This document shows positions 39,457-53,100 of a stretch of 64,000 bases of DNA, piece after piece. The DNA comes from Eledone cirrhosa (lineage: Eukaryota): positions 73,966,001-74,030,000 of the forward strand of contig OZ024744.1 of the NCBI GenBank assembly GCA_964016885.1, read 5' to 3'. Below the pieces are notes generated by a model that had not been told where the DNA came from, did no database searches, and saw only the letters and a program-made list of their open reading frames with translations. Within the stretch, counting starts at the first letter, position 1. Every line of letters starts with the position of its first letter. A program made the translations under genes and the position numbers.

Positions 39457-40468
39457 ACAAAAAATCTGAGGCAATTTCGGCTTGTAAACATAAATTGCAC
39501 AAAACTTTCCTGTATTACAGCCCCACGTTATACCCTAACGGATAGTACGATTTATACGTGGATATTTTACGTCTTGATGTGGGAGCTATGTATATGTTTT
39601 GTTTATACCATTACTTATTTGCATAGGTAAGTACATTTTACCCGTATGTTTTGTGAAGGTACGTATACATTCTCGTACGTATATTTGATTGTTTATGTTA
39701 TGGCGTATAATTTTATATATTCTGGTACATATGGTTTGGCTATGTGTATACGGGAGTTTTGCGTCTGTGTGAGTATGCAGGTTCGTACGTATGTAGGGTG
39801 TGTGTATATGTGTACTTCATGTTTTGGTTGACTTACGTCTCCGAACATTCGTGTATTTACATGTAGGTATGTGTGTGCGCTTGTTATATACGTATTTATT
39901 TATTTATATACGTTTATATAATTATTTATTTATTTGTATACACGCATACATGCACACACATATTTATATGTGCGTGGTTTTGTATACCTATGGTAAGTGT
40001 TTTGCGTATGCTTGTGCATGTACGTATTTGTTTGCGTGTATGTATTTATTTATTTCTATTACTTCTGTATTGTATTTATTTACATTGTTCTTAACTCTGT
40101 AGCGGAGATTCATTCGGTCTCCTAGTTAGAATTTTCGTCTACGACTTCTGCTATACCATTTACGTGGTTTTGTCTTTGCGTGCTATTGTTCTCCACGCTC
40201 CACATATGACGTATTATCTTGGTTTTTTTCGTTTATTGCCAGAGAACGTCTCTACGAACCACCTAAGAGAACATTAGTCTACGACTTCTTTTATACCATA
40301 AACGTGGTTCTGTCTTTGCGCGTAATTGTTTTTCACCGCTCCTATTAATGACGTATTATATTCGTTTTTTCCCGTTCTCTGCCAGCGAACGTTACCACGA
40401 ACCAAAGTATCGTCTTCCTGTCTTCCTCCAGTTGCAACGTTTTTTGAAATATCCACTTCTGCGTTTAC

Positions 40469-40540
40469 AGATTGACTTTGTTAGTTTCAGAAGATCCCGT
40501 TAAGGGTGAAAGCATCGATTCTTTGCTTAAACTTTAATCT
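40469..40540 (+). ncRNA. Type I hammerhead, variant core CAGAAGA (family H) in 3' pLTR
   Basis: aguuu CAGAAGA u-ccc-guuaa-ggg-u GAA AGCA ucgauucuu UGCU U aaacu. Distal stem I is agauuga/uuaaucu. Confidence 0.65.
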
Positions 40541-40549
40541 GTTATTTTA

Positions 40550-40606
<57 letters not shown>

Positions 40607-40796
40607 AAAAAGGTTCAGGACCCCGATGGCAGAGCTCAATAGTTGGACCATAACCCACCAGAGTACTCAATTATTGAAGTATTAGACTGGGTAATAAGAA
40701 AAGATTCAGGACCCCAACGATGAGCTCCCGCCGTTTCGACACCTAGAACCGAACTCGGATCTAGGTGTCGGATCTAGACGGCCTGAATCTTTTCAT

Positions 40797-40839
<43 letters not shown>

Positions 40840-40847
40840 GGAGAGAG

Positions 40848-40952
<105 letters not shown>

Positions 40953-41401
40953 AGAAATAGAGAGGAGAGTAAATTAGCGTGGAAGCATAGACTAATATTT
41001 TACTGAGGTGCGTTAAGCTCAATGCTTTATTCAGGTCAAAACTACGTAAAAATCAAAGCCCAGGAGGGTATAATACTGGTATTTGAAGATGGTCAAAGTC
41101 ATTGGGCTTAGATAATCAGTTCAGAAGGAAATCCAAGGTAAATTGAATAACCCCTTTGGCATTGCTCCTGAATTGATTATATATTTATATTTATATGCAT
41201 ATACGTATGTGCGTGTGTGTATGTGCGTGTGTATACGTAAAATACAGACATAATGTATATATATATATATATGAATGTATATACATAAAATATATACATA
41301 ATGTATATATATATATATATATATATACATATTTATATATATATATTTCGTTTCTGAATTTGTTGCAAGATTCTTTATCTGAAATCGTGTGTTGAAACCG
41401 A

Positions 41402-41730
41402 TATTGTTATACTTTGGGAGGGTCATGTTGCCAATAAGTTGCAAACTAAGCACACAACACACACACAGAAACAAAATGGCGTAGGACAGAAGAAAGGAAA
41501 GGCACAGAAACAAAGAAAGGAATCCCCAGTCACTGAAGAGGTCACAGAGTGTGTGACGAAAGGACTATGACTATATATAAACAACTATCTGGTTGTGGAA
41601 CCAACCAACCAACCAGAAATTTATAAGTTTGTAGATTTGTAAATTTATAAATTTATAAATATATAATAAATTGAAGTGAAAGCGACTGGTGCGTGCGTTT
41701 CTTATTGGCAACATGACCCTCCCAAAGTAT

Positions 41731-41737
<7 letters not shown>
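41402..41737 (+). mobile_element. ~335-bp element with ~36-bp perfect terminal inverted repeats carrying a hammerhead
   Basis: tattgttatactttgggagggtcatgttgccaataag is inverted at 41701-41737. A second, diverged copy lies at ~42572-42855 (-). Confidence 0.75.
41528..41572 (+). ncRNA. Minimal type I hammerhead (family I)
   Basis: aguca CUGAAGA g gucaca-gagug-ugugac GAAAG ga CUA ugacu. Confidence 0.75.
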
Positions 41738-41788
<51 letters not shown>

Positions 41789-41919
41789 GTGGGGTTTCTT
41801 TTACAAAATGAAAAATAACCGGGGTGTCCTACACGAGTGAAAGTATAAAGAAAAGAAGATGAAATCGAAAATGCAACTGGAATCTTATTTTAAAAAAATA
41901 TATATATTTTTATTTGGTT

Positions 41920-41957
41920 CCTTTACCGGTTTCGCAGTTCTTCTGCTTTTCAAAAGT
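41920..41957 (-). ncRNA. Minimal hammerhead with U3-A8 core (family J)
   Basis: Copy of 59600-59637 with a shorter stem I. Confidence 0.55.
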
Positions 41958-42102
41958 AGAGTTGAGATGGAGGGTCTGTGGTTTTTATATATACAATTAT
42001 ATATGTATATATATAGGTAAGTTATTCGGCGTTGAATCGGATGTAACCACAGTTAGTAAGGTACTCAATACAAAGCAGAGTATAAAAGTTTTAATATAGA
42101 TG

Positions 42103-42153
42103 AGATTCTACAGGACTTGAACTGTTTCATTCTTTAGAAATCATCAGGAATCT
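42103..42153 (-). ncRNA. Type I hammerhead (family E)
   Basis: agauuc CUGAUGA...GAA ACAG uucaaguc CUGU A gaaucu. It lies in a segment (42095-42372) homologous to the leader of the PLE at 49047-49345. Confidence 0.78.
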
Positions 42154-42484
42154 GGCTGTCCAAAATAAATGTTGTGGTATTTATATATTTTGAGGTGGTA
42201 GGAGAGGGTGGAGGTCATTGGTAGAAGGAAAAGGGAAATCAATTAAAAGCTAATTTTTTAAGGCAATAATTTATATTTAGAGTAACAAAGGCAACAAGAA
42301 TTCTATAACCCAGTTCAAACATTAGGTGCCTATCATTATTGTTAAGTTTCTCTTAAGCTAAATTTCAGGTGTCAACAGACACATTCACATATACACACAC
42401 ACACACACACATATATATATATTCATCTGAATGAAACAGTACTAGTCCTGTAGAAGCTCCTTCTATAAAATAAAATATATATAT

Positions 42485-42557
<73 letters not shown>

Positions 42558-42724
42558 CATATATATATATATATTGTTATACTTTGGGCGGGTCATGTTG
42601 CCAATAAGAAACACACGCACCAGTTGCTTTCAATTCAATTTATTTTAATAAATTTATAAATTTAGGATTTTATAAATTTCCGGTTGGTTGGTTGGTTCCA
42701 CAACTAGATGATTGTTTATATATT

Positions 42725-42767
42725 GTCAAAGTTCTTTCGTCAAACATTCTGTGACCTCTTCAGTGAC
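42725..42767 (-). ncRNA. Minimal type I hammerhead (family I), diverged
   Basis: guca CUGAAGA ggucacagaauguuugac GAAAG aa CUU ugac. Confidence 0.6.
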
Positions 42768-43048
42768 TAGGGGTTCTTTTCTTTGTTTTTGTGCCTCTCC
42801 TTTGTTCTGTCCAACGCCATCTTGTTTTTGTGTGTGATGTGTGCTTAGTTTGCGCATGTGTTACATCCGGATGTCTGTGTGTGTTTATATTTGTTTATTT
42901 AATTGTTTATTTACATGTTACTGGTTTGTTGTTTGTTCTATGTGCGTGTGTGTTTTCATTTTGTCCTTACAATTAAGGACAAAATGAAAACACACACACA
43001 CATATATATATATATCTTGGAAAACACACACACACATATATATATATG

Positions 43049-46000
43049 TCTTGGGTATGACATTAAACTACATCCAGTGGCAAGGCTCCAGTTCGGGAGT
43101 TCAGGAGATGTGGGGAATATGGAGTTACCCCTTAGTTGTCATGACTCCCAGGTCTGCCCTGGCCCGGGGTGGTAGTACCTGTTAGGGCTCCATTTATGGG
43201 TTAAATAACTACCTTATTCGAGTGGCGCCGGTAAGGTATTGTCAGCCATTGAAAAGAAATATGGAGAGTCGATCTAACAGCACTAGGGTTAGAGCCCCTA
43301 ATTACACTGTCAAGGAGCAGCCTGGTCGTTATGACTCTGCTGGCTTAGAGCCACAGAGAGGGCCAGTGGATGATGGATCAGCTGTCTCTGAGACAAATAT
43401 AAAGAATGTAGTTTTGTCCTGCAGAAGAGCCATCAAAATGGGCACTTTGAATGTGAGGACTATTCGAACGCTGGAGAAGAGAGAGGAGTTGGGACATCTG
43501 TTCGAGGAGAGTGGTATACAGATACTTGCGATCCAAGAACACAGGATTCTACACGATGAGCCCGTGAGGAGTGTGATGATCGGGAGGAAGAGCCAGCTCA
43601 TCACTACATCGGCAGTGAAGAACACAACAAATGCTGCAGTAGGAGGAGTGGGTTTTGTGTTCAGTGCAAAAACCAATCTGTTGGTGAGGGAAATAATGCC
43701 TATCTCCCCGCGAGTGTTGAGGGTGACCTTCAATGGAAACCCAAGACTGACAGTCATCTCAGCCTATAGTCCAACTGAGGGGGGCAGTGATGTGAATGCC
43801 GAGGAGTTCCATGAGGAAGTGTGTAGAGCTGTCAACACCACTCAGGCACACAATATCCTGCTTGTTTTGGGGGACTTCAATGCACATCTGAGTAAGGAGG
43901 GCAGTGAAGATCCTTGCTGGTACTTCCATAACAACACCAACCGAAATGGAAGACTACTGAGAGACACCCTGCTGGAGGCGAACTTGATGGCGACCAACCT
44001 AAGGTTTAGGAAGAATCTGGGGAAGATGTGGACCTACATCTCAGATATGCACCTGTCCAAGTCCCAGATTGATTTCATTCTGGTGAGGAAAAAGTGGCGG
44101 AATAGTGTTCTGAACACGGAACCATACAGCTATTTCAGTACACTGGGTAGTGACCACCGGCTTGTTATGAGTGAGGTCCGCGTGAGCTTAAGAAAGAGCA
44201 AGGCTCAGCCCCGGAGAACAATCTATGACTGGGGAGCTTTCAAGGAAGATGATAAGCTACAGGAGAGGTTCACAGTGGAAGTGAGAAACAGGTTTAGTGC
44301 TCTGTGTGGAGAGTCAGAGGAGAGAGAGATTGGATGGACTGAGGAGAGTGTGACGAGGAGGTACGGGCACTTCACCAATGCAGTGGCGAAAGCAAGTGAA
44401 ACCCTGGTGCCGAGGAAAAAGAACAAAGGGAAGCACGTCAGCTCTGCAGACCCAAAAGTGTGTGCAGCCAGAGAACACCTGAAAGCTGCCAGGGACCAAT
44501 TCTATGCTGATCCTACGGAGGAGAGGATGGAGACTGTGGAGGTGATGAGGGAAGAGCTCTGTACCGCTTACACTGAGGTCAGAGAGGAGGCACTGATAGA
44601 GAAGATCAGAAGTGTGGAGAGAGCGGTTGACAGATCTGGATGTAAGGAGAGCTGGATGATCATCAACGAGATCACAGGGAGGAAGAAAAGGTGTTCGAGT
44701 CAGATCCAGGGAACGGGGCCCGAGGATAGGAAGAGGAAATGGCTAGACCATTTTAGGACCCTACTAGGAGAGCCACCCTCCACAGCCCAGAGCACTGGGG
44801 AGATCAGGCGGCTGTTTGAGGAACTGGATGTTGAGACAGAGCCCTTCACCAGAGAGGAGCTTCAGAGAGCCAAGAAGAAGATCAAGGAGGGCAAGGCTCA
44901 TGGAGAAGATGGAGTAGCATCAGAGGTGATGAAGTGGTGTGATTTTGATGATATCATCCTGGGGTTCTGTAACGGGGCACTGGAGAAAGGAGTTGCCCCG
45001 AATCAGTGGAGGATCAGTAACATCGTCCCAGTGCCAAAGAAGGGAGATCTCTCTAACACCAACAACTACCGGGGGATCTCACTGACGTCACTTGTGGCAA
45101 AGACCCTCAACAGGATGATTCTTAACAGGATCCAGCCTGAGATGGAGAAGAAGCTCAGGGACAACCAGAACGGCTTCAGAGAGGGTAGATCAACCACCAG
45201 TCACATCCTGATGCTGAGGAGGATATTAGAGGGAGCTAGAGCAAAGTGCCTTCCTGCGGTCATGGTTTTCATTGACTTTAGGAAGGCCTTTGATTCTGTG
45301 GACCGTTACTGCCTGATGAAGATCTTACAGGCTTATGGAATCCCCAAGAGGATAGTGGACCTGATATCACTGCTCTACACCAACACCAAAGCCCAAGTCA
45401 TTACACCTGATGGGATGACAGAGTTCTTTGAGATACTGGCAGGAGTGCTCCAGGGAGATACATTGGCTCCCTACCTTTTTATCATCGTAGTGGACTATTG
45501 TATGCGCCTTGCACTGGAGAAACACCAGGACTCTGGCTTTACTGTAGCACCGGCTCAGAGCAGGAGAGTTGGGGCGAAAAAGGTATCGGATGCTGAATTT
45601 GCCGACGACATAGTTTTGGTGACAAATACAGTGAAGGAGGCAGAGGATTTGATGCGGGAGGTTGAGACTGTGTCGATGAGTGTGGGGCTGAGAATGAATG
45701 AGACTAAAACAAAATATCTGGTAGAGAATGTTGAGAAGCCAGAGGGGATCACTAATGTAGGCGGGAAGCCGCTGGAATTGGTTGAGGACTTCCTGTATTT
45801 GGGAGCAAAGATTGGGAATACGGAAGATGATGTGGTTGAGAGGAAGAGCAAGGCCTGGGCGGCGTGCCACAGCTTGAGATCGGTGTGGAAGTCGGACCTT
45901 CGTAGAGACCTGAAAATCCGCCTCTTCATTGCTGTAGTGGAGTCTGTGCTGCTGTATGGGTCTGAGACTTGGACACTGACCAAGAGACTCACTCAGATGG

Positions 46001-46354
46001 TGGATGGGTGCTACACGAGAATGCTGAGGATGGCTCTGAACATTAATCAGTATACACTGAGGATGAAAAACTCAGAGCTGTATGGGAGCCTCCCAAAAGT
46101 CAGCTCAAAAGTGACACAGAGGAGACTGAGGTTGGCTGGACATGCTCACCGACATCCAGAGTTGACATTGCACTCCGTGCTCCTTTGGGAGCCCCTACAT
46201 GGACACACTGGAAGAGGAAGACCAAGGTTAACATATGTTGATGCCCTAAGGACAGACACTGGTCTGTTGGAGACGCAGGACATGGCAGCGATAATGAGGG
46301 ACAGAGACCGCTGGAGAGAACTCGTCCATGGATCTCGGGAATTTTACCCGCCTT

Positions 46355-46356
<2 letters not shown>
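43049..46356 (+). mobile_element. Full-length RTE-type LINE inserted in (TA)n
   Basis: ~210-bp 5'UTR and a single intact ORF. The stop codon is immediately followed by (TA)n. Confidence 0.9.
43261..46356 (+). CDS. APE endonuclease plus reverse transcriptase (RTE-type)
   Basis: First ATG at 43261. [26 protein letters not shown] (APE); [47 protein letters not shown] (RT). Confidence 0.95.
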
Positions 46357-46439
<83 letters not shown>

Positions 46440-46478
46440 TATATATAAATATACACACATATATACACATATACACAC

Positions 46479-46581
<103 letters not shown>

Positions 46582-46875
46582 AACATACATATACATGCCA
46601 ATATGCAGGTACATATGGACGAACGTACACACAACGATACGCATACAAATGAATGGCCACTCGTACAAAATACATACAAACATGTACTCATAAATATACG
46701 CATATACACACCCACATAAAAACAGCTCTACAAGCAGAAAATGCAGATAGGTAAGAGGTACTTACATAACGATAGTGCCGTGTTTCAGGTTGAGAAGAGC
46801 TAGAGGTGGGGTGGGAAGGAGGTAGAGGGGCTATTTTGTCGCGTGGCGTTAAAAGAAAATGAAAGGGGAAGCCGT

Positions 46876-49016
46876 TTTTAGCCATAGAGCATTAACACTG
46901 GCTTAAGGTATTTGAAAGTTGCAAAGTTTTTGTGCATGCAGTTCGGGCAGTGTTCAGAGAGTTTGTTCAGTAGCGGGTTCTTGGCGAATAATATTTCGTA
47001 GTTCTCTGAGATACAATGTTCGCTGCACTTGTGTCCTCCGTTGTATGAGCGCGCTTTCTGGAATATTTTCCATTTAAGCGTGAAGGGGGTGGAGTTCCTT
47101 TTGAGGTCCCAAACATAGGAGGCGAATGTTGTCTGATTTGATTTGTCCGGTCTTCTGAAGGAGTGGGTATGGGCATACCACCGGGTCTTAAAGTCATTGG
47201 AAGTCATGCCGATGTAAGTCTTTTGTTGTTGCGATCATCGGTGCCTGATATAACATCGCATTTGTATACGATATCATTTGTCAGGCATTTGTTCTCAAGT
47301 GGGCAGGCTTCCTTCTTTAGGCAATAACACAAGGCCTCAGTCCAGGGATTGGGTTCGGAGGTGGTTGGCTTATTTAATTTTTTAGAATTGTGATTGGCTA
47401 TATTCCTAGCTAGGTTAGGTGTAGTGGAGTAGGAGAGTCTTATTGTATTCTTATTAAAGATGGTGTAGTACCTATGTTGTATGGGGAAGTGTGTGTTCAG
47501 CAAAGTGAAGAAAATCCTAGCTATAGGTGTAGAGACCTCTCTATTGAAGGGAGGGTTGTACCAGCTAATCTGCCTATGCCTATTCCTCCTATGCGGTCTT
47601 GCGGTGGTTTCTAGGTAGGTTATCTTTTCTTTAAATCCGCTGCGGGAGAGGGCGTCATTGTAGTAGGAGGCAGAGGCGTTAAATATATCTTCATTTGCCG
47701 AGAGGCCAGAGATTCTACTAGAGACGCTTTTTACTAAGTTATCAGTGATGTTTTTGGGGTGGTTAGAATTAACATTAATATATCTAAGAGACTCATTAGG
47801 TTTGTGGTACGGGTAATAGAAGGAAGTATCTAGGTCAAGAGTGACATCTGAAAAGTTGGCCCTAGTCATATTAGATTCTATAGTTATACTAAATCCTAGA
47901 TTACGGAAGAACGAGCTTAAGTTTCTCCGAAACCCGTCGATTGTTCTGGGGTTAACATTGTGCAGGGCGAAGAGGCCGTCGTCTCGGTATAAACCTCCGG
48001 TTAGGCCAGTAAAGAGGTTCTTCAGGTGATGTAAAATGTACAGGCCCACAAGATCGCTTATTTCAGCCGGGTCACTCGCTCCCATGCTGACGTCAAATGG
48101 GGTCTGAGACTTCTTGTTGATCCAGTAAGATCCATCGTGGTATAGAAGCGGCTTACGGGCATGGAAAATAACATCTTGCTCAGCATCGGTTATGGTGGTA
48201 AAATTCCTGGCAAATCTGATTGCGTCCTTCTGGAGGGGTTCCGAGATAGAAGCATAGTAGTTTTCTATGTCGAGTTGCAGGAAGCGAGTGTGGCGTTTGT
48301 CGGGTCATTTTTTGGAACCAAGATATTGCCTCAGATGTTCTGCTCCAGAGTGGGAGTGGTGAGGCAACCCGCAATGATGGTAGAACTCTATCAAGATTCT
48401 TCTTACTGATAGAGCCGATGTTCGAACGAGTGGGGTTGATAAGTCTGACTGATGGTTTGTTGAGGAAGTTTCCCTTATGGTTCTTCAGGGTAAAGTGCGC
48501 GGTCTTTACCCTTAATGGTTCGGTTCGGTCATGTAATTTAAGGGACTTGGCGATTTCATTTCCGGCCGTGTTTGTCTCAGTCAATGCCATCTCTATTACC
48601 TTTTTGTAGGTGGTCGTGATGGCATTTTTTGCCAGCTTATTATAGGTCTGTGGGTCTACCACATATACGTTTTTAGTTTTATCGGAGGGGACATGAAGAT
48701 TAGGGGATTTTTTTTATATTACGCAATTCAGTATTTAAGTAGGCCTGGAATGGTGTGGTGGCTTTACGAAGTTTGATATCTTTGATCATCTTGAAGAGGT
48801 CTTCTTCAAATGATTCAACTAGGCTGTTGGTGGGTGGTGCCTTATTCGTTTTGAAGCCGAACTTCTCATCATTGGTAGATGCTACATCAAGGTGGTCGAG
48901 GAAGACGGCTCTCCATCTAATTCGTCGGTACGTCTGATGAGTGTTTTTAGGTAAAGTTTCCTTGGAGGGATGGGGATGTTCTTCATGGAGACATCAATGT
49001 CGAGTTTGGTCAGCAT
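46876..49016 (-). pseudogene. Near full-length, frameshifted Penelope RT-GIY-YIG ORF
   Basis: KPSVRLINP, MGASDPAEISDLVGLYIL, GGLYRDDGL, YPYHKPN, WYNPPF, CPLENKC, IVYKC, MT..FKTRWYAH and CSEHCISE...LLNK...CMHKN. Confidence 0.9.
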
Positions 49017-49364
49017 AGTTTCTTCCGACCCCCAACCATCTTATAGACACCTGAAATATAGGCATTGTTAGCTTAAGAGAAACTTAAAAATAAGGAGTGG
49101 CACCCCAATTTGAACTTGTTTATAGAATTCTTTCTGTCACTCTAAATATAAATTATAGCCTTAAAGAATTAACTTTTAATGATTTCCCTTTTCTTTCAAC
49201 CAATGACCTCCACCCATCCCACTCCCAACCCTCTGCTACCACCTGAAAAGATATAAATGCAACAACATTTATTTTGGACAGCCAGATTCCTGATTTCTAA
49301 AGAGAAAAACAGTTCTAGTCCTGTAGAAACTCATCCATATTATATATATATTTATTAAAATAAC

Positions 49365-49436
49365 AGATTAAAGTTTAAGCAAATAATCGCTGCTTTCACC
49401 CTTAACGGGATCTTCTGAAACTAACAAAGTCAATCT
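49365..49436 (-). ncRNA. Type I hammerhead, variant core CAGAAGA (family H)
   Basis: Third copy. Differences lie in the stem III loop only. Confidence 0.6.
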
Positions 49437-49547
49437 TTGCTTAAACTTTAATCTCTTTATTTTAATAAATATTTGCTCTACGGTTCTTATATATTTGATA
49501 TCCTTATCGAGCTCTCTTTGGATTTTAGTCTTCAAATTTATTATTAT

Positions 49548-49610
<63 letters not shown>

Positions 49611-49765
49611 AAAATGTTTAACCCCCACGGCAGAGCACAAGCCGTTGAAACGGCATGAGCTCTGCTGTCGGGGTGAAACATTTTCCTATCACCCACTCTA
49701 CTACCCTAAGCATTGAGTACTCTGGTGGGTTATGGTCCACCTGGTACTTTACCACACCCTTTCTG

Positions 49766-49913
<148 letters not shown>

Positions 49914-50002
49914 CTATATACATAGCTATGCGTGGTTACACGCGAGCAAAAATTATCTCCTGTGATTATTCATGTATAGTTATATGTTAATCAACCTCTA
50001 GT

Positions 50003-50071
<69 letters not shown>

Positions 50072-50354
50072 GAAAATTATGTAATTATGTCTTTAATGAT
50101 TATCAAGCTGTTCAATTATGGAAGTTATGGACCTGACTCCAGGATCGATCTGCGCATCAGTCTGAAGCGCAGATCGACTACAGTACTACTGGATTGATAC
50201 TTTTTTATCGATCTCGAAAGGATGAAAGGCAAAGTTGACTTTGTTAGGATTTCAACTGAGAGGACGCCATGAGGTGGGACGAATACCGTAAAACATTCTA
50301 TCTGATTCTTAACGACTCTTTCAATTCGCTGACTTGATATGAATATAAACAAAT

Positions 50355-50620
50355 TCTAAAGTCTGTCTTAAACCAGAAGGCTCATTTGGCCGGTGCTTAT
50401 CCCGGTTTCATGGCGTGAAGCGACTGAGAGTACAATATTTTCTCCATCTCATGGTTAACCCAAGCTATTGCTGGTACACATATTCAGCTGAGTATACTTG
50501 AGCAACACGAAATGAAGAGTTTTGCTCAAGAACACAACACGCAACACAGCCCAAGAATCGAACCCACGACATTATGATCGTAAGTCCAACACCCTTACCA
50601 CTAGGCCACGTGTCTCCGCT
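50355..50620 (-). mobile_element. tRNA-derived SINE (copy of 2796-3068 family)
   Basis: Reverse complement has tggcctagtgg A box, ggttcgattc B box and the same 3' tail. Confidence 0.7.
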
Positions 50621-52882
50621 GATATGAATATACAAAGACAAAAAAGAAAGAGAGGGAAGAGAATAGAAAAAGTAGTTGTGAAGTATCGTTAAATAGTATT
50701 TATCAAAATATATACCATGAATACAAATTATTAAAATTTACAAGAATATCATTGACAATTATAATGAGGAAATTCATACCTTGGCAGTATCGGTAGAGGT
50801 TCGGACGCCATGCTTTGCAGCATCGAGTTACAACCTTTACGGTCTGATCTCAAATCCCGCCGAGGTTAACTTTGCCTTTCATCCTTACGGGTTCGATAAA
50901 ATAAAGTACCAGTAATACACTGGAATAATTGCTAGCCTTGTACCAAAAGTAGAAACATTATTGTTGCATATCTCTATTAAAAATATTTAAAAATTAAACC
51001 TTCATTAAACCTCCATTATGCAGTATCGGTAGAGAGTCGGACACCATGTTTTGACTCATAGAGTTACGGCCCTTCCCATTCTGAGTTCAAATCCCGTCGA
51101 GGTTAACTTTGCCTTTCAACCTTACGGGGTCGATAAAATAAAGTAACCGTAATGCGCTGGGATAATTGCTGGCCTTGTACCAAAATTAGAAACAATTATA
51201 TTAATCATAAGTCTAAATTCAAAAGAAATAATGTTTATTTTAATTATTAGTCAGCAAGATATATTTACTTAAAAGTAAAAGAACTAAATTTGAAGGAATG
51301 TGTTATTATATATGGCATTACAATTATTGAATATTTAAGTAATTATAAGTTCATAAAAAGAGAAAACAACTAATATATTCGATCATAAACAGGCCATGAA
51401 AAAAATATAAATTTATTTTTTATAATATAAGAAGATTTTTAAAATCTAATTATCTTTATCTATCTCTCATAAACATTTAAAGATATAATTTCATGTTATA
51501 ATTATTACTCATATATAAACAATTACATACTTCCGAAGTAAAATTTACTGTTCAACATTCATTTATTAATTATAGAGGTATTTATGTTTAAAAATATTTT
51601 GAAATGTTTAAAAATGATAAACATGTCCAAACATTTTAAAAGATTTTCAAAAATAGTCAATTGATTACAGAGAATTTAAGGGAAAGGGATAATTCCCCAA
51701 ATGAGAAAAAATATTATCAATGTCGGATCGTAAACTATTCTAGAAAAAATATGAAAGCTTTGTATGGACAGCAAATAATAATTTCTTAGTGACTATTCAA
51801 AAGTGCTAAATCAGACATTACGATTTCAAGATTTTCTATAGAACATAGATTACATTCAGAAGGATTTCAAGTGTTAATTAAAGACCACTGAAAGTTATAT
51901 GCTATGTTGGAATTATGAAATGTACAAATAAATCACTCAAATGCAGTATTTATTACCATCTATCTTATTACCATTTGCAAAATAATTTAAATGTAAAGAG
52001 TAACGTTTCTTAAATAAATTATTTTGCCATTAGTCAGGATATCTGTACCTATATCCTCTCTATGACAATTACCTTTAAGAGTACAAATCTCTGGACTATC
52101 CAGTTCTAATCCATGTTAGCTGATCTACTATTTGGAGAGATCTAGGCGCCATGCTATCAGGCTCGATATATATATATATACTAATTTTCTTATTAGATTA
52201 CACATTTAGTACTTTATTTGCTTTATTTAACTTAGCTAATGGATTATTATCGTAACATTATTGTAACATTGTAACATGTACTTATTAGAATTTATCCATA
52301 TATCTTAATTTCTTTTGTGGTTACTAAACGCTATATCATCAGCTGAACTAAGTGTTGCTGAGTATGAAACTAAAATTGTATTTTTATTAATAAACTTATG
52401 CTATCTATGCTCAAGTTATTTTAGATTATATATAAGAAATAACTTTAGTATATTAGCCAATATTTGGATTCCATAGGGGAGGATTATATCAAGTATTTTT
52501 GTGACTTCTAATACTTTTATTAATGTCTACTTGATGTTTATTACTATCAATAAGTTAATTATTATGTTTAATATTTATTTTTCTTGAGCTAAACCTATTA
52601 TCTAGTGTAGGATTATTCTTATTTATACACGTATCTACCATTATCATTTTAAATTTGAATTCCAAAATTTTGGACTGCCACATTATTTTAAGTTACTGCA
52701 AATGGATTTTATTGGGGCTTCATTCTGGAATTTCTGAAGTGTATGTTTCAGAAAATAAATTACTACTGTGACTGTGTGAGTTACGGAGTTCAGAGCAACT
52801 TAATGTAACTACAATGGACTTGGGTTACTATCATCAACTCTTACAGTAAAATGAAATTATCACGTGATCCACATGACAGTTA

Positions 52883-53100
52883 CAATGTGTCCGAATACGG
52901 AAGAGCCGAACTTCGACTGTAATCGCCTTCATATCTCTCGCCCTCCCCATCTCTCTGTATTGTGAGCAAATGGGGTTCCTCGTGCTGGCCGCCCCACAGC
53001 CCAGGCGAACAGAATGGAGAAGGCGTTTCCCCGGAGGATGGTAAGGGAGATGCGCTGGAAGTACCATTCCATCTCGCGAGGCTCACAGATGCGGCTGGCC
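52883..53100 (-). mobile_element. 3' end of CRE-like RLE retrotransposon
   Basis: Close copy of 4290-4510. Confidence 0.65.

Noticed and set aside
49607-49690. SECIS element or twister ribozyme
   Set aside because: The hairpin lacks a properly placed AUGA/GA quartet with apical AA and lacks twister pseudoknot motifs. No UGA-readthrough ORF is adjacent.
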